The notes: generated from the sequence alone by a model not told the origin. 64,000 nt of DNA from a bacterium (GCA_030650415.1 JAUSEG010000005.1:23333-87332); one strand, 5' to 3'; positions 28,672 through 38,721 are shown, counted from the first letter of the stretch. Numbers and translations: made by a program.

Positions 28672-28971
28672 TTATTTATCACATTCAAATTTACAGGCGA
28701 AACACCCCGCAACACTCATCCCATCCGCACATTCAGTTTTATCCGCCGAACTCTTTGATAACAACAGGTTGCAATTATTCATATTATTATCGGTTTGTAC
28801 TATTTTACAGACAGATTCAGGATCTCTGTTATCAGCTACATAATCTCCCTTAGCCTGTGATTTCCAAATTATTTTAAGTTTAGGCTGATTATCGTTTGTC
28901 GTGGGCTGTTGGCATCCAGCCAGGAAGACTAACCCGAATAACAGTGAGCTTAATGCTAATGCTTTTTTCAT
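28672..28971 (-). CDS. Small Cys-rich lipoprotein
   Basis: Lipobox LAGC plus six further Cys. Confidence 0.7.
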   Translation of the reverse strand: MKKALALSSLLFGLVFLAGCQQPTTNDNQPKLKIIWKSQAKGDYVADNRDPESVCKIVQTDNNMNNCNLLLSKSSADKTECADGMSVAGCFACKFECDK

Positions 28972-29024
28972 AATATTATTTTTTTAAATTTAGTGATTTT
29001 ACAACCACAAGAATTTAACCCATC

Positions 29025-29795
29025 TTAATTAAAACTATACTTAAAAAACTTATCAATAATTTCCCCCGCCTCCTGGCCTAATTTTTTACTTATTTTAATT
29101 TTTTGTAACTGTTGAAAATTACATTTAACGGCTAGTCTCAGTAATTTGATGCTATCATCGGTTATAACTAATTGATTAGCATCTTTAGGATTAAAGCACT
29201 TCGAGCAGACCAGGCCGCCTCTCGCCAAATCAAACCGATTTCTTCCCGGCAAAATTTTATTAACGCAACTAACGCAAACTGACAACTCCGGCTGATGACC
29301 TAATAGGGCTAAAAGCTTAAAGATAAATAATTGAGTCAGCATCGTCAAGCGGTAATCGCTATATAATTCTTTCTGGATTCCCCCCGCATTTTGCGGGGCG
29401 GGAATGACAGACTCCGGCCGCTCCAGCGTTTCTAAATAATTTTTCAATAATTCAAATATTTTTTCATCGGCCAGTCCGGGTTTAATAAGCTGATCTATGA
29501 TTTTTACCGCTCGTCCGGCTGGCGCTAATTTAGTCAAATCATTTTTTATATTGCTAAAACAATTTTCGTTTAAAGCCGCGCCCACATAATCATGCCGCCG
29601 GCCGCGCACCGCCATAATATTAGTTAAGCTCAAAGGCTCTAAATGGCCGGCCAGCTTTGATTTTATCTTCTTCGCTCCCCTGGCGGTTAATTCGAGTTTA
29701 CCAAACTCGCGCGAATAAACTACGACCCGGCTATCACATTCGGAAAAACTTTTACGGTTTAAAATTATGGTTTTAATATTATAAGTATCTTCCAT
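29025..29795 (-). CDS. recO: DNA repair protein RecO
   Basis: E.D..V...S...GK....A.GA.K..SK; CxxC...GG..CxxC. Confidence 0.92.
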   Translation of the reverse strand: MEDTYNIKTIILNRKSFSECDSRVVVYSREFGKLELTARGAKKIKSKLAGHLEPLSLTNIMAVRGRRHDYVGAALNENCFSNIKNDLTKLAPAGRAVKIIDQLIKPGLADEKIFELLKNYLETLERPESVIPAPQNAGGIQKELYSDYRLTMLTQLFIFKLLALLGHQPELSVCVSCVNKILPGRNRFDLARGGLVCSKCFNPKDANQLVITDDSIKLLRLAVKCNFQQLQKIKISKKLGQEAGEIIDKFFKYSFN

Positions 29796-29805
29796 AAAAT
29801 CCTTT

Positions 29806-29893
29806 TGTCATTCCCGAAGCCGTAGGCTGTCGGGAATCCAGGGGCGCGCGGCATAAACATATTTTCTGGATTCCCGCCTGCGCGGGAATGACA
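29806..29893. repeat. TGTCATTCCC...GGGAATGACA palindromic element
   Basis: Inverted arms. Confidence 0.88.
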
Positions 29894-29951
29894 AGAAAAA
29901 ATATTGCATCGCTCCCGAAAACTCTCAAAATTACCCGTAATGACAATGCAG

Positions 29952-30329
29952 TTAAATTTTATCTAAATAACTCTGCAAAATTATCATCGCCGCTATTTCA
30001 TCGCGGCTAGCTTTAGTTTTCTTTGTTCCTGCCAAAGCATCGGCCGCCTTGCTGGATAAACGCTCATCAATCAGTTCAAGGGGAATTTTTATTTTACTTT
30101 TCAGCTCATCAATAAATTTATTATATTTTTCATTTAAAGTCAGCGGCTCATAATTCATCATAGAAACCGGCTTTCCTAAAACTACCGTATCTATTGCTTC
30201 GCTTTCCACAATTTGCGCCACCTCCAGAACATCCTTCACAGTTTTAAACGGCGTGGCCATTTTAGTTTCGCCGTCAGCCAACGCCAAACCGATGCGAACC
30301 TCGCCCCAGTCTATGCCTAAATAATTCAT
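29952..30329 (-). CDS. ruvX: YqgF/RuvX family nuclease
   Basis: LGIDWGEVRIGLA, DERLSS, D.IAA.IILQSYLD; probable start MNYLGID. Confidence 0.92.
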   Translation of the reverse strand: MNYLGIDWGEVRIGLALADGETKMATPFKTVKDVLEVAQIVESEAIDTVVLGKPVSMMNYEPLTLNEKYNKFIDELKSKIKIPLELIDERLSSKAADALAGTKKTKASRDEIAAMIILQSYLDKI

Positions 30330-30483
30330 AAAATTAATGTCAAATTTCCAATGACTAATGACAAACAAATTTCCAATGACAAATTTCAAATAAAATTATT
30401 TGGACATTTAGATTTTGGCATTGATTTGTCATTAGACATTTGTCATTTATTATTAACTTTGAGATTCGCATTTTACATTAAAT

Positions 30484-31278
30484 TTACTCATACTTCGTTA
30501 ATATCTCATACCCTTCCTCCGTCACCACCACCGTATGTTCAAATTGAGCGCTTAATGAGCCGTCGGCGGTTAATATCGTTAAGCCATCGGCGCCGGTTTT
30601 TATATTATAATCGCCGACATTAACCATGGGTTCAATCGCTAGTACCATGCCTGGCTTTAAAATTATTTTTTTATTATACGGCAATTCATAATTAGGAATC
30701 TGCGGATCTTCATGCAATTCGTAACCGACGCCATGGCCGACTAAATCCCGCACTACGGAAAAACCGCTAGCCTTTTTAACATATTGTTCCACCGCCTTGC
30801 CTAGGCTATTTAGGCTATTACCCGGCCGAACCTGCTCTATGCCATGAGCTAGAGCTAGTTTAGTCACTTTAATCAATTTTTGCGCCTCGCGGCTAACTTT
30901 ACCGACAGCTATGGTAGCCGCCATATCGGTGTAATAGCCTTTTCGGCCGGAAGAAAACGGATACTCCATGCCCACGTCAATAGTGATTATATCGCCTGAT
31001 TTTAATTCGCGAGACGGCAAAGCCGGAGCGTGTACGACTTCATTATTTATGGAGGCGCACAAGGCCGTAGGAAAAGGCCGATCGCCGGCGCTCTGTTTAA
31101 AACCTTTAAAAGACGGCCGGCCGCCGGCTTCGATAATTAAAAAATCAGCCAGCTTTTCCAAATGTCCGGTAGTAACGCCGGGCTTAACCTCGCTAATCAA
31201 TTTTTTCATTATCTGCCCTAAAATTTTTCCGCCCTGGCGAATTAATTCTATTTCATCGACTTTTTTTATGGTTATCAT
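30484..31278 (-). CDS. map: Methionine aminopeptidase type I
   Basis: S.N.EVVH, GHGVG..LHEDP, AIEPM and SAQFEHT motifs. Confidence 0.97.
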   Translation of the reverse strand: MITIKKVDEIELIRQGGKILGQIMKKLISEVKPGVTTGHLEKLADFLIIEAGGRPSFKGFKQSAGDRPFPTALCASINNEVVHAPALPSRELKSGDIITIDVGMEYPFSSGRKGYYTDMAATIAVGKVSREAQKLIKVTKLALAHGIEQVRPGNSLNSLGKAVEQYVKKASGFSVVRDLVGHGVGYELHEDPQIPNYELPYNKKIILKPGMVLAIEPMVNVGDYNIKTGADGLTILTADGSLSAQFEHTVVVTEEGYEILTKYE

Positions 31279-31402
31279 AAATATAATGAATCATGAATCA
31301 GGAATAATGAATTATGGACTATAAATTTAAATTAGGCATTTTTCCATTATTCATAATTCATGATTCATTATTCAATTTCTAAATTTTGTGATGAAAGTAA
31401 AA

Positions 31403-32065
31403 CTAAATTACTTTTAATTCTCTCAATTTTTCCATTATATCGTTATGAATTTTAGCAATTGGCTGTTCGCCGTTTATTTTTATTAGCTTGCCCAGCACTC
31501 GCCAATAATCAAGCACGGCCTGGCCGTCATGATGATAGACTTTCAGGCGATGAGAAATAACCTTTGGCTTATCGTCGTTTCTCGTAAACAGCTTGCCGCC
31601 GCAAATATCGCAAATTCCTTCATTAATCGGTGAATTATAAAGCAAGTGATAAACTTTTCCGCAAGCGCACATTCGCCTCTGCCCTAAGCGCTGCTTTACT
31701 TCTTTATCGCTAACCGCTATTTCAATCGCATAAATCGGAGCGCTTTTTTTAATTCTTTTTTTAAACATCAAAAGCAAATCCTTCAGTTGTTTTAAATTTC
31801 TCGGATAGCCGTCAAAAATAAAACCCGAGGATTTTTTCTTTAAGCTATTATCCACCATTTCAACAATAAATCTATCCGGCACTAATTTCCCGGTCTTTAA
31901 ATATTTATCCGCCAATTTACCCAGCTTAGTTTTAGCCGCGACTTCCGAACGCAATAAATCGCCGGTAGAAATTTTCTGCCAGTCGGTTTTTTTAGCCAGC
32001 AGCTCGGCTTGCGTCCCCTTGCCTGATCCCGGGGGGCCGAAAAAAATAATAATGGTTTTTTGCAT
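31403..32065 (-). CDS. adk: Adenylate kinase
   Basis: GPPGSGKGTQA, STGDLLR, DGYPR and a Cys lid; probable start MQKTII. Confidence 0.96.
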   Translation of the reverse strand: MQKTIIIFFGPPGSGKGTQAELLAKKTDWQKISTGDLLRSEVAAKTKLGKLADKYLKTGKLVPDRFIVEMVDNSLKKKSSGFIFDGYPRNLKQLKDLLLMFKKRIKKSAPIYAIEIAVSDKEVKQRLGQRRMCACGKVYHLLYNSPINEGICDICGGKLFTRNDDKPKVISHRLKVYHHDGQAVLDYWRVLGKLIKINGEQPIAKIHNDIMEKLRELKVI

Positions 32066-32108
32066 AATTATATTAATTTTTATTTGATACAAAAAGTTTT
32101 TAAGCGCT

Positions 32109-32807
32109 TTATAGGCCAATCGGCCTGACACCGCCCAGCGGCGCTCTAGGCGCTGGGTTATTTGGCAATTTGCTGTTTTTATTATAATCTCCGGCAAAGC
32201 CTGTCTTATTTTTATTTATTATACCTATATCTTCCTTGGTGCCGTGGCGAAGACCATAAGATTTTACTTTAACGCCGCCCGCGTACGTTTCAGTATAAAC
32301 ACTGTTACCATCAGTAGCCTCGTGCTCACCAAGCCTATCCCATCTGGTGCGATTTAAATTTCTCTTAATCTGTCCTTCAGTTAAAAAACTTTTTCCATCG
32401 CTCGACTTAATGAGCTTTACGTCCTTTTCAACTACCTGATTTTTCCCATCACTTGTTTTTACTTCCTTAAACCCTTCGGGTACTTTTTCTTCTTTACTCG
32501 CCGCGCCTCGGCCAAGATGATTGAGTATTTGTTTTATTTCTCTTTTATCATTCTTTGTCACTTCCGTGTCACCGGCTTTAATTTTTAACCAAGCATCCCT
32601 TTTCTGCAACCTATTAAGACCACCCTTAATTTTAATAACTCTTTCATATTGTTTTGCGACATCAACAATCTCTTCTCGATTATCCCTTAAATTTCTTAAA
32701 TCGCCACGTTTAGTCAAACGATTAAATACTCTCTGAAAATTTCTTACCCCTGTTTTGGCCCTAAATTTAATGCCATCGCCAGGCCCTGGCAAATCATTAA
32801 TACCCAT
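32109..32807 (-). CDS. Hypothetical basic protein
   Basis: 232-aa ORF 4 nt downstream of the DUF475-like gene. Confidence 0.65.
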   Translation of the reverse strand: MGINDLPGPGDGIKFRAKTGVRNFQRVFNRLTKRGDLRNLRDNREEIVDVAKQYERVIKIKGGLNRLQKRDAWLKIKAGDTEVTKNDKREIKQILNHLGRGAASKEEKVPEGFKEVKTSDGKNQVVEKDVKLIKSSDGKSFLTEGQIKRNLNRTRWDRLGEHEATDGNSVYTETYAGGVKVKSYGLRHGTKEDIGIINKNKTGFAGDYNKNSKLPNNPAPRAPLGGVRPIGL

Positions 32808-32811
32808 ATGA

Positions 32812-33729
32812 TTATATTTTATTTGCGTTAACCATTTTAGACTTATAGAAAAAATAGCCGACTACGCCGAAAGTTGCAATCGGCGACAGCCAGCTGGGAA
32901 TATGCACGCCGAAACTGTCTAATAACATAATAGAACCGAGGAAAAATATCGAATACATAGCGCCATTCTTTAAATACATATATTTCTTAATATTATCAAT
33001 ATTGCCGATAGTAAGCTGGCGTACTACATAAGCGCCTACGCCGTTACCGATTAAAATTAAAGGTACGGATAAAGTAAAGGCGAAAGCCCCTAAAACTCCA
33101 TCTACGGAAAAAGTCGCGTCAAGTATTTCAAGATAAAATATTTTACTCATGTCGGATAAGCCTTTCTTAGTTAAATCCTTTTCCCTCTGCTCGGCGTTCT
33201 GCTTAAAGCCATGGGTGATGAAAAAGGCTGTGGAGCCGACGACCGCGCCGAAAGCTAAGAGCGAATTTTCGCCTAAGGCCAGCCAAACAATTACAGTTAA
33301 AAGCACGGATGCTATAGAAAAAAACCAAACGCCATTTTTATAGCAAAATTTTTCCCCGATCAGGCAAAAATTCTTTGATTCCAAAAACAGCCAATGCAAA
33401 AATAAAAAAATTAAAAATACGCCGCCGCCGATTAAGAGCATGGGCGCGGATTTTTCCACGGCGTCAAGCACTTTAGGGTCGCTAGAAAAAGTGGCGGTTA
33501 GAGCCTGTATTGGGCCTAATCCTGGGGTAGCAATCCAAACGATGAGCCAGGGCAATAGGCCTCTGACTAAAAAAACCGCGATTAAGAGCCCCCACAGCAA
33601 AAACCAGCGCCTGGCTTTAGCTTGCATGGTGGAGAGAACTTCGGCGTTAATAATCGCGTTATCGATGCCCGAAACAATTTCAAACAAGCATAAGCCGGCG
33701 ATAATAATGATAATAGAAAATAAGTCCAT
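32812..33729 (-). CDS. DUF475/TerC-like membrane protein
   Basis: FEIVSGIDNAIINA and FYLEILDATFSVDGV.GAFA motifs. Confidence 0.85.
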   Translation of the reverse strand: MDLFSIIIIIAGLCLFEIVSGIDNAIINAEVLSTMQAKARRWFLLWGLLIAVFLVRGLLPWLIVWIATPGLGPIQALTATFSSDPKVLDAVEKSAPMLLIGGGVFLIFLFLHWLFLESKNFCLIGEKFCYKNGVWFFSIASVLLTVIVWLALGENSLLAFGAVVGSTAFFITHGFKQNAEQREKDLTKKGLSDMSKIFYLEILDATFSVDGVLGAFAFTLSVPLILIGNGVGAYVVRQLTIGNIDNIKKYMYLKNGAMYSIFFLGSIMLLDSFGVHIPSWLSPIATFGVVGYFFYKSKMVNANKI

Positions 33730-34016
33730 AATAAATTGATTATAGCCCTATTATATCATAAATCAAGCAAATAAAAAACCCCATTCAACATGGGTTTGCT
33801 TTTGTTTGGGCTAAACTTTATGAAATTTTCGTGCGAGGACTGTTTGAGCCCTACACCACTTTTTGCACCATGTCACACTTTTATAAATTATCCTCTTTCG
33901 GTTTTATCGTGAAAAGCTCTAAAGACTAGAATAAAAGTGGTGAGGGGCGAGTTCCGCAGTAGAAAATTTTATAAAGTTTAGCCCAAACCACAAGCCACTT
34001 CAATAACAATATTTTC

Positions 34017-35288
34017 CTACATGCCCTCATACTCCCGCATGGTCAGCTGGGATTCAACTTGCTTAACGGTTTCTATCACCACTGAAACTACGATGAGCAA
34101 TGAGGTGCCGCCGATTGTCAGTGATTGGATGTCGGTAAAATACCTTAAAATTAAAGGCAGAATGGCGATTGTGCCTAAAAATAAAGCGCCGACAAAGATT
34201 ATTTTATGAGTGGTGTTGGCTAAATACTCGCTAGTGTGCCGGCCCGGCCTGATGCCGGGAATAAAGCCACCCTGTTTCTGTAAATTTTCCGCGATTTGCG
34301 TAGGATGAAAAATAACCTCGGTATAAAAATAAGTAAAGGCAAAAACCAGCAAAAAATATAAAATCGCGTAAACCAATTGATTTTGAAAAAAACTGATCGT
34401 CCAAGCCGCGGCGCGAGCTAAAAATTCAGTGCGCGCGTTAATAAAAAATTGAGCGATCATGGGCGGAAAAATCACCACCGAAATAGCAAAAATAATCGGA
34501 ATAACTCCGGCCATATTTACGCGCAAAGGCAAATGAGTCGAAGTGCCGCCGAACATTCGATTGCCTCTGATTTGCCTGGCATACTGAACCGGCACATTGC
34601 GCTGTCCTTCGTTAATAATTACTACGCCGACGATGGTTATTATGGCAATCGCCAAAAACCCGAGAATCACATAGAGTTTTGACGGGTCAAAAGTTACGAT
34701 AACCTGCTGCGCGGTCTGGAGCAGGCCGGAAACGATACCGGCAAAAATCAATAAAGATATGCCGTTGCCGACCTTTTTTTCCGTCATCAGCTCGCCGAGC
34801 CACATTAAAAATACCGTACCGGCCGTTATGGTGGTAATCATGGTAATTAAACTCATGGCATCAATATCTCCTAAAATTAAATGAGACGACCGGCGCAGTA
34901 AAGTAATCATGCCGTAAGATTCCAGAGCGGCTAAAGGAACGGTTAACCAGCGAGTCCACATACTGACTTTATGGCGGCCGGCTTCTTCTTTATTCATTTC
35001 TTCCAGTTTAGGAATAATCATAGCTAGGAGCTGGAAGATAATTGAAGAAGTGATATAGGGTCCGACGCCCATCATGACTATGGAAAAATTCTGCATGCCG
35101 CCGCCGGCGAAAATGTTCATTAAGCCTAAAATTTGGTTTGAAGAAAAAAAATCTTTTAGCGCCTGCGCGTCTACTCCGGGAACCGGAATATGGGCGGCTA
35201 CGCGAAAAATCGCGAGCATAGCTAAAACAAAGAGGATGCTATTTCTTAAATCGCGCGCTTTCCAAATTTGGATTAATTTATCAAACAT
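34017..35288 (-). CDS. secY: Preprotein translocase SecY
   Basis: GV.PYITSSII.QLL, GNGISL.IF, FIPGIRPG and GGTSLLIVV motifs. Confidence 0.98.
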   Translation of the reverse strand: MFDKLIQIWKARDLRNSILFVLAMLAIFRVAAHIPVPGVDAQALKDFFSSNQILGLMNIFAGGGMQNFSIVMMGVGPYITSSIIFQLLAMIIPKLEEMNKEEAGRHKVSMWTRWLTVPLAALESYGMITLLRRSSHLILGDIDAMSLITMITTITAGTVFLMWLGELMTEKKVGNGISLLIFAGIVSGLLQTAQQVIVTFDPSKLYVILGFLAIAIITIVGVVIINEGQRNVPVQYARQIRGNRMFGGTSTHLPLRVNMAGVIPIIFAISVVIFPPMIAQFFINARTEFLARAAAWTISFFQNQLVYAILYFLLVFAFTYFYTEVIFHPTQIAENLQKQGGFIPGIRPGRHTSEYLANTTHKIIFVGALFLGTIAILPLILRYFTDIQSLTIGGTSLLIVVSVVIETVKQVESQLTMREYEGM

Positions 35289-35304
35289 ATATATGCTTTA
35301 TGTC

Positions 35305-35447
35305 TGTCATTGCGAGGAATGGAGCGAAGCGTAATGACGAAGCAATCTCACGCATATCTATTTATTACCAGCTGTGCAAATTACATTAATTTTCTTGCTT
35401 AGATGTTCGTGAGATTGCTTCGCTCCTTTCAGTCGCTCGCAATGACA
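35305..35447. repeat. TGTCAT...ATGACA palindromic element
   Basis: Arms and inner CTCACG...CGTGAG as at 23770. Confidence 0.88.
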
Positions 35448-35465
35448 TTGTTTATGACAAATTAC

Positions 35466-35921
35466 TTATTCTTTATTCCAGCTAGTTTTTCCGCCCAGCT
35501 TCTCAACTTGCGCCTTGGCGCTATCGCTTAACTTGATATTTTCAAATTCTAAATTTTTAAACTTTAGTTCTCCTTGACCCAAAACTTTTATCGCTCCTTC
35601 AATTGAGCTAATCAAACCGGCCTTAAAGAGGCTCTGGGCGTTAATCTTAGCGCCATCGGAAAAAGCTTCATTTAGATCTTTTATGTTAACCACCTGATTC
35701 TTCGGTTTATCCGACTTAAAGCCTCTCATTTTCGGCGTTTGCGCCAAAATCTTTTTAAAACCCAATCTCTTTAATTTATTTCTACCGCCGGTTCTTGATC
35801 TTTGACCCTTAATGCCGCGCGTACTATAAGAACCATGGCCGGAAGCGTTGCCCCTGCCGACTCGCTTCTTACTTCTAGAAGCGCCATGGGCTGGCTTAAT
35901 TGTATGCAATGATAAAGACAT
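35466..35921 (-). CDS. rplO: 50S ribosomal protein L15
   Basis: KRVGRG..SG.G....RG.KGQ.SR. Confidence 0.96.
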   Translation of the reverse strand: MSLSLHTIKPAHGASRSKKRVGRGNASGHGSYSTRGIKGQRSRTGGRNKLKRLGFKKILAQTPKMRGFKSDKPKNQVVNIKDLNEAFSDGAKINAQSLFKAGLISSIEGAIKVLGQGELKFKNLEFENIKLSDSAKAQVEKLGGKTSWNKE

Positions 35922-35948
35922 AATCTTAATAAAATTATTACTCTTATA

Positions 35949-36707
35949 TTATAATATATTATTTACTTCTTGTCTTGGGGCGGTAAGATCGCTTATAGTT
36001 GAGAGCACCGGTTTTTCTTTTTCCGCTTTAACGCGCTTCGGCTCCGGTCTTTTTAAATTCTTTAAAGCTTCAATTACGCATTTAGCGTTATTAACTTTAT
36101 TGCCGGTGCCTAAAATTTTACTGGTGACATTTTTCACGCCAGCCAGTTCTAAAATAATTCTGACCACGCCGCCGGCGATAATACCGCGGCCCTTTTTAGC
36201 CGGTTTAAATAAAATTTTAGCCGCGCCGAATTTCTGGTAAATTTCATGAGGAATCGTTTCGTTAACTATCGGTATATCAATAAATTCTTTTTTAGCTTTA
36301 TTTACGGCTTTAGTTACCGCGCCGGTTACATCAGCACCCTTAGCTAAACCAATCGCCACTCTGCCCTTTTTATTGCCAATCGCGACGCAAGCTCTAAAAC
36401 GCATTCTTTTGCCTCCGGCCATAACTCTGGTAACTCTGGCAATATCGATCATTTTCTGCTCAAATTCTTCAGGCATACCATCGCTTTTGCCTCTAGAAGC
36501 GCCTCTTCTGCCTTTAAAATTCTTATTTCTGTCTCCACCGGCGCCGCCTCTAAAATTATTTCTATTTTCAGTCGCAGGAGCATTTACGGCCCGCCCACCA
36601 TCGCTTCGCCTCTCAGCCGTTGCGGGCGTGGCGCCATTAACCTTAGACTCCGTTACCGGCGCTATTTCAGCTTGCTTATTTTCTTGTGGTTTCTTTTCTT
36701 CTGCCAT
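35949..36707 (-). CDS. rpsE: 30S ribosomal protein S5 with long extensions
   Basis: RVTRVMAGGKRMRF, G.IAGG.VR. Confidence 0.96.
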   Translation of the reverse strand: MAEEKKPQENKQAEIAPVTESKVNGATPATAERRSDGGRAVNAPATENRNNFRGGAGGDRNKNFKGRRGASRGKSDGMPEEFEQKMIDIARVTRVMAGGKRMRFRACVAIGNKKGRVAIGLAKGADVTGAVTKAVNKAKKEFIDIPIVNETIPHEIYQKFGAAKILFKPAKKGRGIIAGGVVRIILELAGVKNVTSKILGTGNKVNNAKCVIEALKNLKRPEPKRVKAEKEKPVLSTISDLTAPRQEVNNIL

Positions 36708-36756
36708 ATTGTTCACTCCGCCAACTGGCGGACATTCGCTTAAATTAATTTAAAAT

Positions 36757-37188
36757 TTAAAACTTCAAACCGCCAAGCCTGGCGCCTTCAGCCAAAGCCT
36801 TAACTCGGCCATGATATTTATAACCGTTGCGGTCAAACACCACTCGGCTAATACCCTTAGCTACGGCTTTCTCGGCAATCAATTTACCTAATTCCAAGCT
36901 AATAGCGGTTTTCTTACCTATCTGTCCGGTAGGCAGGCCTTTAGCTTTTACCCCGTTAAATTCCCGATTACTATCGGGACCGGCGGAGCCGGATTTAACG
37001 GGGTGAGCTTCGCCGGCGCCCACGCTAACTAAGGTCCTGCCAATTTCATCATTTATAATTTGGGCATAAATGCCGCGATTGGATCTGAAAACGGTTAGTC
37101 TTGGGCAAACGGCTGTGCCGCTGACCTTGGCTCTGACTCTGCCCTTGCGCCTAAATCTTTTAGCTTGTTTAATTTTATTTATATCCAT
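36757..37188 (-). CDS. rplR: 50S ribosomal protein L18 with a repeat-derived insertion
   Basis: [21 protein letters not shown]. Confidence 0.96.
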   Translation of the reverse strand: MDINKIKQAKRFRRKGRVRAKVSGTAVCPRLTVFRSNRGIYAQIINDEIGRTLVSVGAGEAHPVKSGSAGPDSNREFNGVKAKGLPTGQIGKKTAISLELGKLIAEKAVAKGISRVVFDRNGYKYHGRVKALAEGARLGGLKF

Positions 37189-37216
37189 ATACCAATAATT
37201 TAAAATCTCAAATTAT

Positions 37217-37765
37217 TTATTTCTCAGTTTTACCGGCAGTTTTACCGGCTTTTCTTCTTAACGTTTCATCAGCATATTTAATGCCCTTGCCTTTATAAGG
37301 TTCGGGTTTTCTAATCCTTCTAATTTGCGCCGCGGCTTCGCCAACCATATATTTATCAATGCCGCTGATAGTAACGATATTGGCTTGAACTTCAACTTTT
37401 AAACCGGCGGGTAATTCATAAACTACCGGATGAGAATAACCAACGTTCAGGGTCAGCTTATTGCCGCTCGTGGCCGCCTTATAACCGACGCCGTTAATCT
37501 CTAATTTTTTAACATAAAGCTCATTAACTCCAACCACCATGTTTTTTATTAAGCTTCTGAATAATCCCCAAAGAGATTTGTCTTTGACGTTAGTCGGATC
37601 GGCCACGGTGACCGTTATTTCTTTATCGGTTATTGCTACTTTAACTGATTCATGAATCTTGGTTTTAAGTTCGCCCTTAGGGCCTTTAACGATTATAAAA
37701 CCATCCTCCAGTTTAGCCTGGGTACCGGCGGGTATTTCAATTGGTAGTTTTCCTAATCTAGACAT
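37217..37765 (-). CDS. rplF: 50S ribosomal protein L6
   Basis: MSRLGK.P, PEPYKGKGI. Confidence 0.97.
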   Translation of the reverse strand: MSRLGKLPIEIPAGTQAKLEDGFIIVKGPKGELKTKIHESVKVAITDKEITVTVADPTNVKDKSLWGLFRSLIKNMVVGVNELYVKKLEINGVGYKAATSGNKLTLNVGYSHPVVYELPAGLKVEVQANIVTISGIDKYMVGEAAAQIRRIRKPEPYKGKGIKYADETLRRKAGKTAGKTEK

Positions 37766-37802
37766 AATATTGTATTATCAAGTAAAAATTTAATAAAAGT
37801 CT

Positions 37803-38213
37803 TTAATATATTTCACAAATTAGTTCTCCGCCCACGCCCTTTTTCTTAGCTTCTTTATTAGTCATTAAACCGCTGGAGGTGGAAATTATCGCGATACCCA
37901 AATTATTTAAAACTCTTGGCAATTCATTTCTATTTACATAAACCCTTCTGCCCGGGGTGCTGATTTTCTTTAAAGAAGTAATCGCCGGTTCGCCATTTCG
38001 GTATTTTAAATCAATTTTTATTTCATTAAAAACCGAATCAGAGTTCTTTTTGGCTGCAACTTTTATTATCTCCGCTTTTTCAATCCAACCACCCTGCACT
38101 AAAATTTTAGCGATGCTGTATTTTATCTTGCTCATAGGCAAGACAACCGTTTTTTTATTTACGGCTTGAGCGTTTCTTATTCTTGTAAGCATGTCTGCGA
38201 TTGGGTCTGTCAT
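37803..38213 (-). CDS. rpsH: 30S ribosomal protein S8
   Basis: DPIADMLTRIRNA. Confidence 0.97.
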   Translation of the reverse strand: MTDPIADMLTRIRNAQAVNKKTVVLPMSKIKYSIAKILVQGGWIEKAEIIKVAAKKNSDSVFNEIKIDLKYRNGEPAITSLKKISTPGRRVYVNRNELPRVLNNLGIAIISTSSGLMTNKEAKKKGVGGELICEIY

Positions 38214-38526
38214 ATATAATTTAAAGTTTAAAAATCAAAATGTAAAATTAAGGATTCTTGCGCACTTTTTTGGGAAGGCAACTCTGGCTTCCCGGCTTTA
38301 ACGGACTTGCGAGAATGACCCCCGCATCTTAGTTCCAGCACCTATCGTGCTTATTGATGGGGGGGGTACTCTTGCCAGAGTTGCCAAAAAATTGAAAGAG
38401 CCTTTCCAAAAAAAATGTGTAAGAATTATTTACTGACTTACCTATATGTACTCTCTATAATATAAATTTAATTTTAAATTTTACACTGCCATTTTCCATT
38501 TTGAGATTTACATTTTACATTTTCTA

Positions 38527-38712
38527 TTACCAACTCGATTTCGTTACTCCCGGTATATCGGTATTAGACGCTAATTCCCTAAAACAAATACGGCAGATGC
38601 CAAAATCTCTCATAAAGCCGTGATTGCGGCCGCAACGCCAGCAACGCCTGACAATCCTCGTGGAAAATTTCGGTTTTCTTTTTGATTTTGCGATTAAAGC
38701 TGTTCTTGCCAT
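38527..38712 (-). CDS. rpsN: 30S ribosomal protein S14 (zinc-binding type Z)
   Basis: 61 aa; RC.RCGR...CRICFRE. Confidence 0.96.
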   Translation of the reverse strand: MARTALIAKSKRKPKFSTRIVRRCWRCGRNHGFMRDFGICRICFRELASNTDIPGVTKSSW

Positions 38713-38721
38713 AGATGCAAA

